Shown: positions 39,044 through 51,130, counted from the stretch's first letter. The stretch is DNA of 64,000 nt from Octopus sinensis (GCF_006345805.1 NC_043006.1:85994001-86058000), one strand, 5' to 3'. Translations and numbers: made by a program. The notes: a model not told the origin generated them from the sequence alone.

Positions 39044-40070
39044 TATCTACATCTATGACATAGTAGACGTCATCAAACATTGTACATTGAAAATTTTTGT
39101 AGATGATTCCAAGCTCTAGAAGGCCATAAATGGTATGGGAGACTGAACATGCCTTCAGTCGCATCTGTTTACTGTTGTCCAATGGGCGGAAAAGAACAAT
39201 ATGCTTCTAAATGAAGATAAGTTTCATTTGATCCACTTTAAACAAGAGGATCCTCTGAAACTACCATATGCCCTTCCCTCGGGCGACTCCCTAGTGTCAT
39301 CCAACAACACCAGAGACCTTGGAGTAATTGTTGGTAACAGTCTAAGCTGGAGTTCCCATGTAAACAGCAAGGTTGACTTGGCCTGCAAGATGTGTTCTTG
39401 GATTCTGAGAACTTTCTGGTCTAGAGATGCTCACACCATCATCCTTCTCTACTCTACATTTGTTCAACCCCACCTTGAATACTGTTGCCCACTGTGGTCT
39501 CCCCACACGAAGTAATTCATTATGAAAGTGGTAGCATTCCCGAGGTTAATAACAAGAAAGATAGACGGCATGACAGCATTGACTATTGGAGTCAATTAAA
39601 AAGTCTCAATCTCTACTCTCTCCAATGCTGCCATGTGAGATGTGGAAAATATTCCATCAATATTGCACAAATTATGTTGGTATCAATTTTAAAATCCACC
39701 CAAGACTTGGTCCCTATTCTGTCCGCCCTTTACAAAAATCCAACTCAAGACCCATAATAACATTACAACGCAACAACTTTACCTCAACCAGTCCAGCTCT
39801 CTTTAATATTATACCAAAATACATCAAAACAGAAACAGATCCCATAAAATTCAAAAGTTCTCTGGACAAATTTCTCCCAAAAAATCCTGGACCAACCTCC
39901 TATACCCAGATATGTCTCCAACAATAAATAACTCTTTGCCACAGTGGGCCATAGTGTTCCATATATGACTGAGGTGTGAATCACAATCTAAAAGATTTCA
40001 CCAGGTGGTGCTATTAAGTTAGACATGGCCTGGGCCTATACTAGCTGAAGCCTGTCTAAGTTATCATGTA
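39044..40070 (+). mobile_element. Old CR1-group LINE, sense 3' segment
   Basis: IYIYDIVDVIKHCTLKIFVDDSKL, RDLGV, PHLEYCCPLWSPH, FKSSLDKFL. Confidence 0.9.
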
Positions 40071-40464
40071 AAAAGCATTCAGTCCACACTGGTTGGCATT
40101 TGGAAGGGTTTTCAGCTGTAAAAACCATGCCAAAACTGACCTCACCTGTGCTGGTGCCATGTAAAAAGTACTCAGCCCCACTCTATGGTATTAGTTGGTG
40201 TTAGGAAGGGCATCCAACCATAAAACCTATGCTAAAACAGATACCGAAGTCTGGTGCAGTCTTCTGCCTGGCCAGCTCCTATCAAACTGTCCAACTCCTG
40301 CCAGCATGGAAGGCAGACATTAAAAGATGACAATGATGGTGATGCATTTGTTTTCCAAGATTCCTGATGTGAAATTGTGTGTTAAAACAGATATTGTTAT
40401 ACTTGGGGGATAGTCATCTTTTACCAATTAAATACGCACACCATATATTTGATCTTCATTTCAG

Positions 40465-40699
40465 CTTTATTATTATTATTATTTTAGTGTCTTTGTTTAA
40501 GCTCTTTTGTCATACATCCTGTGATCTCTTCAGCAATCCTCTATTCCACATGTCTCCACTTGTTCTGCTTATTCTGTTTCAAGACAAAATTGAATAAGCA
40601 GAACAGAAGGAGGCGTGTGATAGAGAGTTGCTGATGAGGTCGCAGTATGTGTGATGAAAGAACGTAGACAATGATACTAAAATAATAATAATAATAAAG
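40465..40699 (+). other. 235-nt intronic hairpin upstream of CCDC61 start exon
   Basis: Hand pairing: 108 positions = 89 Watson-Crick, 11 G:U, 8 mismatches, plus one 2-nt bulge and a 17-nt loop (40575-40591). Confidence 0.85.
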
Positions 40700-40782
40700 T
40701 ATTTAATAATCTTTTCATCTTGTTTTATTTTTGAAGGTAGAACTCTGATAGTGGAAAGTAATTTCCAAATTACCTCCCCAAA

Positions 40783-40942
40783 ATGATGTCCAGTGAACAG
40801 AGCATCTGTTCACACTTCCATTTACGCGGCATTGAGTATGTAATTTCAATGATGTATGGAGAAGGAACGGGCAATAATTTCACCATTGAGGTCCTCAACA
40901 ATGGGACTTTGGATGTGTGGTGTGGTACATTTGATGTAGAAT
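40783..40942 (+). CDS. CCDC61: CCDC61 first coding exon (exon 40737-40942 including 46 nt 5' UTR)
   Basis: Acceptor ttttgaag|40737, in-frame upstream stops, AAAATG start, donor T|GTAAGT; HFHLRGIEYVIS...FTIEV...WCGTFD matches my recollection of the CCDC61 N-terminus (YVFRGVEH...LEVED...WRGEFD). Confidence 0.9.
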
Positions 40943-42210
40943 GTAAGTTTTGTATGTCTATTTTTCAGTTTATTATTTTTTTTTTTCTTTGGACTTGCAT
41001 GAATTGTTCCATATGCAATACTTCTTTGAAAACAAAAATGTCAATCAAGAATATTTGTTATTTGAATGTCTATTTATTTCATGGGAATCTGGTAAATAAC
41101 ATTAATTACTTCACTGTACATAGCTTGAGATTAAATTGATCACCTAATTAAATTAGATTAAAAAATTAGAATTATACAAAATGAATTTACTAATTCTAAA
41201 TGAAAGTTGGATTCAGAAGTCGTTCTGTTCATATTTTTCCTTGGAGAGATTTAAAAATAAAAATGAGGTAAACTGGTTCCATCAAGAAATGAAAACAGAT
41301 CAGACCTTGCTATACAATAATTCACTGCTTGTCTAGCATCCTGCAACCATAAACATGGTCTATGCATTTATTCATGGCATTGTTACCAACCCTTATTGAA
41401 ACAAAAATGTATGCATGTATCTAAATTGGCAATGATCTTCAATTTGATGAATAAGCAATAACTGTGAAGTTATTTCATTCTATTTAGCTGCAAAGATGGG
41501 AGAATATCTTCCTGTTAAGGTGGTAGAATATTTCATCAAAGATTACCCTTCCATGAGGAAAAGAAGCGAAAATGACCATAAAAAGAAACAATTCAACCAA
41601 ATTTTTTTAATAGTTATAAATATTTTGATTTTTGTTAACTTTGCTAATGGCATGTGTTTGTAACTCTTAACAGCAACCATTATCTACATAGTCAAACTTT
41701 GTCAGAGCCATCATATATGTCCTTTAGAAAAGGCTTTTGTGTAGGTAGCTGACAACAGGTACCACCAGTGCTGCCTTAAGACAAGGGCACATATATTGGA
41801 CAGTTGCCCTGGTGCCCCTTGGGTTTAGGGCCCCAGTATGAATGCTGTGGGCCCTAGTGCATTGCTTTGAGTATCCATCTTACAGTTAAGATGGCCCCAA
41901 GTTCTGCTTGCACTTTACAGCTGAGTGGTTAGTTGTAGGAATAGCTTCCACTTATAAAGATATCACATTTCCCTTTGTTTAATACTGGTTTTTAAACTTC
42001 ATGTTTTTGAGACGAGGGAGAATTTTACATAAACCCTTGATAGTTAGGTAAAATATCAACTTTGGGTTTGAGTCATACAGGTGACACATGTGTACCCATA
42101 GTTTTTTTTTTGTACTGTAACTCTCTGAATTAAGAAAGCTATTCTGGAAATACGAGGGCCTTTTTGCCAATGGTATAATTTTATTTTACAAATTTGATAT
42201 TTTAGCACTA

Positions 42211-42390
42211 TGACAATTTCAAAGACTTTGAAACTTATTTACTTTAACCTTTAACACACAGCATTTTATCTAGAATTGGTTCCCCTGGCACTGCCCTGTT
42301 ACTACAGGGGATAAAACTCATACGATGATATGATGCACCTACAGTGTGCTAACGGTTAAAGTAAATAAGTTTCAGTCTTTGAAATTGTCA
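42211..42390. mobile_element. Small foldback/MITE with about 50-bp inverted arms
   Basis: TGACAATTTCAAAGACT(TT)GAAACTTATTTACTTTAACC on both ends, inverted; inner TTAA|CC...GG|TTAA. Confidence 0.7.
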
Positions 42391-42622
42391 CACATAGAAA
42401 TCTGGACTTTGCAGTTGAGTGATTTTTGCTCATAATCATTAGGTCCAAATCAAAGATTAGGATAGATTTAAATATTTTATTTTTGAAAATCTTGATTCAC
42501 TTCCAGATGTACTTTAGGAATATACATATATAGATACATATATATGTATCTATATATACATACATATATATACACACACATAGGTTGGACAATACATACA
42601 TATATATATATATACACACACA

Positions 42623-43871
42623 CATAGGTTGGACAAAATAATGGAAACACCTTAAAATTTCAAACAAATTTATTTTAATATGGGGTAGGATCACCTTTGG
42701 CAGTAATTACAGCTTGAATTCTTTGAGGTATGGACTCGTACAAAGCTTGAATTGTTTCCAAAGGAATTTTTGTCCATTCTTCAGCTAAAACAGTCTCCAG
42801 TTCTTGTAGTGATGATGGTTGAGGATATCGACTCCTTACCTGTTTTCCTAAAATGCACCATAAATGTTCAATAATATTGAGATCTGGGTATTGTGGTGGC
42901 CAGATAAGATGTTCACCTTCACTAGAATGTTTCTCGTGCCATTCAATAACAACTTTAGCTGTGTGAATTGGTGCATTATCATCCTGAAAGATTGCGTTTC
43001 CCTCCAGAAGCAGTTCTGCATCCATAGGATGAATTTGATCAGATAAAATGCTTAAATAGTCTTGACTATTAATTCTGCCATAAAGGGAAACCATTGGGCC
43101 GGTGGATTTCCAAGAAATAGCCCCCCCCCCAATCATCACAGATCCTCCTCCGTGTTTAACAGTTGGAAGAAGGCAGTCTGGGTCAAATGCTTCTTTTGGC
43201 TGTCTCTACACATGGTGGTCAGAAATAATGTAAAGGATGACTCATCTGAGAAAATAACATTCTTTCACTGCTCTAGGGACCAATTCTGTAGGTTTTTACT
43301 CCACTCTAAATGCTTTGCAACATTTGTTTTTGAAAGTAGTAGTTTTTTAATTGCAGCCCAACCATGAAATCCGGCTTTGTGCAACTCCCAGCGAACTGGG
43401 TTCTCGAGGTGGTCATTAAGCTCTGCAGTAATTTTGGGAGCTGTACTTGTGTGATCCTTTCTAACAATTTGTGTAAGAGTTCGACAGTCCCTATCTGAAA
43501 GTTTTGGTTTTCTTCTGGAGTTTTGTTTCAATGAGGAGGTTTTTCCCTCTTTATCAAAGGCTGTCATTACTTTCAAGACAGTACTTCTTGATATACCAAA
43601 CATTTCAGCTGTTTTCGTTACGCTAGCACCTGCCATATGAGCATCAACAATATGACCTCTTTGAAAGTCTGATAGATCTGTAATTTTAATGAATTTTAAT
43701 TACCTTTTTCTGATGATATCTGAAAAGAAACAGCAATTTTAACAAAACATATTTAGCGACACTAATAATAAATAAAAAAACAAAAATAAACAAGCTTTTG
43801 ACGGTTTTATAGATATTTCAAAATTATGATGCTATGATGCTAGGTGTTTCCATTATTTTGTCCAACCCCTG
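42623..43871 (-). mobile_element. Tc1-family DNA transposon with DD36E transposase, inactivated
   Basis: 26-bp perfect TIR core GGTTGGACAAAATAATGGAAACACCT (42627-42652; 43842-43867); HTH, FSDESSF, FQDDNAPIH and PDLNIIE with 36 residues between D and E; a stop and a frameshift. Confidence 0.92.
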
Positions 43872-45396
43872 TATATAGTTTGCTATGGTTTTAAAGTTTC
43901 TATGACAAGTTACTGAGATAGAAAAATCTAAAACTATTAAATATTTTCCTGTTTCAGGCCTGCTATAAAAGTGGAGTAGATGGAGTGCTTTAAACATATG
44001 GTCATGGCGTGAGGGCTTCTTAAATTTTGAAATTTTTGAAATTGCATTTTTTTAGATGTCTTGTCCTGTAAATTTTCATTGGCATCTAAGTTAAAACAAT
44101 TGGTTCTAACTGATTTTGAATCACTTTTGGATGGAGATCAGAGAAACAACCTTACCAAGGCTTGTAACAAACCCAATTTCAACAAGCACTCCTCCAAAAT
44201 TGGTAAAAATTCAGTGGAAATTTTCAAAAAAATCTTTAAAATTTTAAATAAGAACAGTTAATCCTCTCAGGCTGCAATTTTCCAGATTTACTTCTCATAG
44301 AAATATTTCTCATCTTTGAAAAAAATTTGAGGATTTTCAAGAAGTTGCTATTTGAGGACCTTGGTGAAATTGGTTGGAACGACCCCTGTGTACTATGCAT
44401 GTATTTGTAGCTTTTATTGTTGGCTTTACTTTATTTATGATTGTTTTCTATCCCTTCTTTTAACCTTTGCAACAAGTTGTAGTGCATTTGAGGATCACGC
44501 AATAAAATCATTATCATCGTCACCATCATTATTATACTCTTTTCTTAGAATCTTCTTGCATTAACAGCATTAAGATTTGAATATATGACTACGTGGTCAA
44601 TAGTATAGTGCATTAATCTCAGTTATTGTATCCTGTTGTATACACAAAATCTGTTCTAACACATTCTGCTCCAAGGTTCAGGCAGTAGTTGTTCCTTGGT
44701 TCACTCATACTCTGTTGAATTATTCTTGATTTCATCAATATTTAATCTTACTTCAAGGCAGCGAGCTGGCAGAATTATTAGCACGCCAGGCAAAGTGCTT
44801 AGTGGCATTTTGTTTTTCTTTATGTTCTGAGTTCAAATTCCACTGAGGTTGACTTTACTGTTCATATTTTTGGGATCGATAAAATAAGTACCAATTGAGT
44901 ACTGGGATTAATCTAATTGACCTATGCCTCCTCCAAAATTGCTGGCCTTGTGCCATAACTTGAAAGCAATATTTGATCTTGCATCCTTGTTCCTGTTTTT
45001 ATGTTTTTGTTTGTCACATGTGCTTGCTTGTCTGTCATACTTTTGGTCCCTCAACATCTGGCATAAAACCATCCCCTTTTTCAAATTCACTCCCTACTCC
45101 TTAGTCAAGATTTTCCCTTTCTTTTCTTGTTGTGCAAGTTACTTAGCAACCTCACAAGTGCTGGTATCATGAAAAAAAAAAAAAAAAAACCCTGCACCCA
45201 GTACACACTGTAAAGTGGATGGCATTAGGAAGGGCTTCCAGCCATAGAAACCATGCTTAAGCAGATACTGGAGCTTGACACAGCCCTGCAGCTTGCTGGA
45301 TCCTGTCAAACTGCCCAACCAAAGTACACATGGAAAATGAATGTTAAATAATAATGGTGATAATAGTTTTTAAATGTTTTTCTTTTTTACTTCTAG

Positions 45397-45479
45397 ATAT
45401 TGAAAACCTCACCCATAAAACAGGAAACTTTAAACAATTTTCTATATTTTCTAACATGTTGAAAACAGCTTTACTTAAG
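45397..45479 (+). CDS. CCDC61: CCDC61 coding exon 2
   Basis: ttacttctag|AT...AAG|GTGAGT; (Y)IENLTHKTGNFKQFSIFSNMLKTALLK, the CCDC61 signature; phase 1 to 0 matches neighbours. Confidence 0.97.
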
Positions 45480-46070
45480 GTGAGTTCTACCATTTTTTTT
45501 TTATTGTTATTAACTTTTTTTTTTATGATGTTTAGCCCCAGGTCAGCTCTGATTGAACAAATCTAAGATCAGCAGCATTCCAGTCATGGTTATCTTGTCA
45601 TTTCTATTTTTTTTTCTTTTTATGTGGTTATAGTATACCTAGGTCTATATTATCTAGTGTGTCCTTTTATTTTTAGACTATAGGATTCGGGTTAAGGGAG
45701 ATTTGGTTACCATTTCTAGTGGGTAAAGCTTCCTTCTTGGTTTATTTATCGTGTTGCTATTTAACTCTAGCTCAGCTCTGAGATTGCATAGATCTATTCT
45801 CAGTCTTTCCAACTGCTTCTACCCTGTTATTTTTGAAATGTAGTGTATCTAGAGCTACATTATTCAATGTGTTCTTCCTTTTTTTAAATCAGTAGGGTGT
45901 GATAGAGATAGATTTCAAGGAGATAGATTTGGCTGCTATTTCCTGCAGGTTGAGCAACATTATTGAGGCTCCGTCTTCATTATTGTTTAGCTAAATTAGC
46001 TAACCTAAGCTCTGATCAATTAGACGTTAGATTTAAAGCATTCCATTCATAACCATCACAGCTTTGTTAC

Positions 46071-47414
46071 TGTTACGGAACGGACTGGAATCGCCCGTCG
46101 TCGCTCGCCCCGAACGGCTCACACACAAGTTCCGCCACGGAGCCCAAGGAGGCGGAGAGAGGAGATACAGATAGACACTGCCACAACCTCAACAGCACAG
46201 AGATACAGAGGCACAACCCGAGATACAACCCAAAGAGGCACAGAGGCAACAGAGACACTGGCTTATATTCAACAACTACTAGTTTATATGACAATCAATT
46301 GCTACACATCAAATACATTTAAGGCAGACATTTAAAGGAAGACATGCACGTGACTACTCAATATAACAGTGTTCGGTAACGACACAAAAAGTCATATATA
46401 TCAGCAACAGATCAACGCATAATACAACATCATTTCAAGAGTACACGTCCGAAGACAACAGTTCTTTAAAGTCTCTTTCTGAACATCACAGATAAAGTCA
46501 CATCAACAAGTCCTTTACTCAATTCTGAACATAAATACCACAACTCGATAATCGACATATCGACAGAGTCCTTGACTGTTCTCTTCACTGTTCAATACAC
46601 CGTGACACATATCAATGCACAACACATACCTCAATTCCTAATTGAATCTGCCAGTGTCCCATTCCTCTCAATCCTGCCAATTCCTCTGAATACTGCCAAA
46701 TCCTTCTGTACATATCCCTTCTGCATATTCCAATCGCTTGCTCCTCAAATCCCAAGATCCCTGCTGATCTATCCAAGATCCGTCTGTGTTCTTCCACGAC
46801 CGCTCAACCGACCGCAAGATCCGTCTGTGTTCTTGGACGACCAACTACCAACTGCTCAGATCCGTCCTTCCTGACGACCAACTGCGAACTGCCCTTCTTG
46901 ACGACCAACCACGAACTGCCCTTCTTGACGACCAACTGCGAACTGCCCTTCTTGACGACCAACTGCGAACTGCCCAGAACCTCACTTCCTTGTCCTGACT
47001 TCCACTCCCTCATCTCCCTCTGTCTATATCGCTCCTACCCTTTCTAACTGCTCTCTGATTCCTTACTCTATCTATATCGCCTCAATCCCTTAGCCTCTCT
47101 ATCTGTCCCTTACTGCTTATCCTTTCTATTTGCCCTCTGCTCTTACTCTATCGCTATCGCCTGCCAGACTCTCTTGCTGTCAATACCCTCTCCATCTGCT
47201 CTTAGATTCCCTTAATCTGTCTTCCTCTTCACTTCTTCAAGGGGTGCTTAGAGCGAACTTTGGTTCACCTGAAAGGGGTCGTAGTTCCAAACAGAACCAA
47301 TTAATCCACCTAAATCTGACAGGACAATGGGTTTATCCTAATGTAGGTCACTGGGACATACTACACTGGCTAACCCAGGTCACTGGGACATACTACACCA
47401 GCTGGCCTGTAACA
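46071..47414 (-). mobile_element. Solo LTR (1344 bp), likely Gypsy-type
   Basis: TGTTAC...GTAACA termini; 4-bp TSD TTAC (46067-46070; 47415-47418); 27-bp x4 repeat 46872-46976; orientation inferred only. Confidence 0.88.
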
Positions 47415-47475
47415 TTACTGATAGTCTGTATTTTATGTGATCTCTATGAATCAGTTTTGTTGTATTTTATAAATT

Positions 47476-47639
47476 GGGTGCAGGAGTGGCTGTGTGGTAA
47501 GTAGCTTGCTTACCAACCACATGGTTCCAGGTTCAGTCCCACTGCATGGCACTTTGGGCAAGTGTCTTCTATTATAGCCTCAGGCCAACCAAAGCCTTGT
47601 GAGTGGATTTGGTAGACGGAAACTGAAAGAAGCCCGTTG

Positions 47640-47691
<52 letters not shown>

Positions 47692-47895
47692 GTGTGTGTG
47701 TGTTTGTATTTGTCCCCCCAACATCGCTTGACAACCTATGCTGGTGTGTTTATGTCCCTGTAACTTAGCGGTTTGGCAAAAGAGACCGATAGAATAAGTA
47801 CTAGGCTTACAAAGAATAAGTCCTGGGGTCGATTTGCTCGACTAAAGGTGGTGCTCCAGCATGGCCGCAGTCAAATGACTGAAACAAGTAAAAGA
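47476..47895 (+). mobile_element. Full-length SINE family A
   Basis: Very similar to 7354-7796. Confidence 0.9.
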
Positions 47896-47909
47896 CTCAC
47901 TAATTAGTA

Positions 47910-48150
47910 GCTCATTGAGTTAGTGGTCATAACATTTTCCAGATGGTTAGCCTGTGTACTTCAAAGATTGGGTGGTGTTCTCATTGAACTTGGTCCTCAA
48001 GCCATGGGATTAATAATTTTATCATTTCTTCAGTTATCCCAATGGTTTTTGGTGATGATTCTAGATTTAATGGATGCAGATATCTTCACTGCATCACTGG
48101 TCCAGTGCTTGTCCTTTAGGATGGTTGAGATTGTTGACTGAGAAAAACTG
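47910..48150 (-). mobile_element. Pogo/Tigger-like transposase HTH fragment
   Basis: SQSTISTILKDK...ITEEMIKLLIPWLEDQVQ (CENP-B-type HTH). Confidence 0.65.
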
Positions 48151-49523
48151 TAATCATGGTAAATCCTGAAACACTGTTTGTTTTATAGGTGCAGGTATGG
48201 CTGTTTGGGGAAGAAACTTGTTGTCCAGCCATGTGGGTTGGGGTTCAGTCTCACTGTGTGGCACCTTGGGCCAGGGTCTTCAACTATAGCCCCTGGCTGA
48301 CCAAAGCCTTCTGAGTGGATTTGGCAGACAGAAACTGAAAGAAGCTCATGTGTGTGTGTGTCACTATCTCTGCCTTGATTTCATATGATTGTTGTAAATG
48401 AATGTCACCAACATGCAAGCCGTGTCCTTTGTTTCCAATCTTCTGTGAAAATGTGTCTGATCATGGGGAATATTAACTTATTTGGAAACAGGTGAGTGTT
48501 AGTAACAGGAAAAGCATCTGGCTGTAGAAAATCTGCCTCAACAAATCCATCTGACTCATACAAGTGTGGAAAAGTGGACATGAAATGATGATGATAAGGA
48601 TGATATATGTAGATATAAGCACCCACTACACTTTCAGAGTGGTTGGTGTTAGGAAGGGCATCCAGCTGTAGAAACTCTGCCAGATCAAGATTGGAGCCTA
48701 GTGCAGCCATCTGGTTCACCAGCCCTCAGTCAAAATCGTCCAACCCAAGCTAGCACGGAAAGCGGACGTTAAATGATGATGATGATGTGTTTGTGTGTGT
48801 ATGTGCATGTTTGTGTGTGACTCTTGTTTTGACTACCACCTTCATTCAAAGCACCATTGTCCATTTCTGTGCCTTCTGTGGAAAACATGTCTAGCCATAA
48901 ACAGGTGAGGGTTGTTGACAGGAAAGGCATCCATCCATAGAAAATCTATCTTTTTCTACAAATTCTGTCTGACTTATGCAAGCATAGAAAAATGGATGTT
49001 GAATGGTGATGATGATAATGTTGAGCAATTATCTTTGATATAGGTTCCAAATTTTTTGATTTCTACATTTTTCCCCTACCAGTAGGAAATTCATTGTTAT
49101 ATTAGCCATGTTTTGGGGCTGATTCACAACACACACACAAAAAAGAAATTTAACTTAGAAGCCAAACTGAAATGAGAACTGCATGATGCAGTTGTTGTAC
49201 TCTATTGTGTAAGCTCGTTTGTATTGGGATGTACTGTCATATACATTGAAATAAAATCATATCATCATTTGATCATTACAACACATTTGTAAAGCTGTGT
49301 GTCTTCTACATATCATCACTATCATAGTGGAATTGTAATCACTAAAAATAATAATACAAATGACCATAAGTTGCAGAGTACCTGTAATATATTGTTTAGT
49401 TTTTGTTTTTCCTTTTTGTGTCTTTGGTGTTATTTTAAATGTTGCAGTTTTTTTAATATTTGGTTTCTTGTCTTATTTCTGTATTTTATAAATGTTTTTC
49501 ATCTTCATTTTTTCTTGCCCTAG

Positions 49524-49681
49524 CAAAGTGAAAGTGTGACCCTTGATTTACTAACATATGCTGATCTGGAGCAGCTCCGGCTACAGCGCTCTGGTAACCG
49601 AACAAATGCTGAGAAACAGACTCCTGCAAACCTTAATACCAAGCGCTATTTAATACTAACTTACACTGTTGAATTTGATCG
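49524..49681 (+). CDS. CCDC61: CCDC61 coding exon 3
   Basis: ttcttgccctag|CAA...GATCG|gtcagt; QSESVTLDLLTYADLEQLR...LNTKRYLILTYTVEFD(R); phase 0 to 2. Confidence 0.97.
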
Positions 49682-50585
49682 GTCAGTACAGCTTAAAGTT
49701 TTCTCTTCTAGGTGTTAGTGGTTTATGTCATTCACTTAATGCTACACTAATGATTTGTTTTAGAAGGTGTCACATTGGTGTGTGTGCTGGTGTCACATAA
49801 AAAGCACTAGTGCTGGTACCATGTAAAAAGCGCTGGTACTAGTTCCACATAAAAAGCACTGATGATGGGTGCCTTGTAAAAACCACGCAGTGCACTCGGT
49901 GGAGTGGTTGGCATTAGGAAGGGCACCTAGCTGTAAAAACCAAGCCAAAAACCTGGTGCAGCCCCTGGTCTTGTCAGTTCCTGTCAAGCTGTTCAACCCA
50001 TGCCAGCATAGAAAATGGATGTTAAATGATGATGATGAGTCTCACAGGTACCCTTCGGCCTTTTTTTTATCTAAGGTGTTTTTTAATTCAATATTGTCAC
50101 CATCATCACCATTTTAATGTTCACTTTTCTATGCTTGCATAGGTTGGATGTATTTCATTGAGGTTTAGTTCCACTGTGTACCACCTTGGGAAAATGTATT
50201 TTACAACAGCCTATGGCTGACTAAAATTTGTGAGTGGATTTGCTTAATGGAATCCGAAAGAAGCTCATTGTATACATACTTATGTGTGTGTATTTATCCT
50301 TGTCCTGACATTACATGATAGTTATAAACAAGCATCGCTTACATATTTTAGTGGTGTCGTTCATTTTCAATCTTTTGTGAAAATATACCTAGCCATGAGA
50401 AAATATAAGTTTGTTTGGAAATAGGTGAGAGTTGGTGGCAGGAAGAACATCTGGTTGTAGAAAATCTGACTCAACAAATTCTCTCTGCTCTGTACGAGTA
50501 TGGAAAAACAAAAAATAATGATGATAATGGTATATATCTATATTCAACTGATTTGTACATTTTTAATCATATGTAAATAAAAATA

Positions 50586-51130
50586 CTAGCTGAGTATCCC
50601 GTCGTTGCTGGGTAATTTTCACAATAGAATGCCTTCATTTCAATTTTTTTTATTCTATGTCAGTCCAAGTCTTCCCTGATGGATAAACCTCTTAGTCAGA
50701 ATGGATTTTTGCATTATTTTGGGCATTTTGATAAACAAAGTTTTTTTGTTTTTCTATTTTGTGCATAGATATAAAGATTTTCCTTTATTTCCTACTCTTC
50801 AACATCCAACATAAAGCTGACCATGGTTGAAGCAGGGCTCTTCAAGGTGTAAATTGGCAACCAAAAATGTTTACCCTTGTGATTTGTTGATGGTCATGGC
50901 AAAACCAAGACTAACTGGAAATTGAAGTAATTTTAATTTTAATGGGACACCATATCTTGTGTCCATGTGACAGAGGCTCTTGTGCACTTATCATCTAATT
51001 GATGCATCCTATGTTGGGGCATCTCATGAGATCATGTGACAGAAGCTCATGTTCACATATCATCAAGTCTATTCCTTCTCAGTTTGGGTGTTTACTGAGC
51101 TCGCCACTGATAATTGTGAGGGTCTTTCTA
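50586..51130 (-). mobile_element. Helitron 3' portion
   Basis: Minus strand hairpin CCCAGCAACGACGGG followed by ATACTCAG-CTAG|T; inner boundary uncertain. Confidence 0.65.

Noticed and set aside
40631-40670. CTGATGA...GAAA resembling a hammerhead
   Set aside because: Stems II and III do not pair in register, and the region is the 3' arm of the long hairpin.
46872-46976. Short regular repeats resembling a CRISPR array; 9-aa repeat ORF
   Set aside because: Head-to-tail 27-bp tandem units with no unique spacers, inside a eukaryotic LTR; the 63-bp RTE UTR array is rejected for the same reason.
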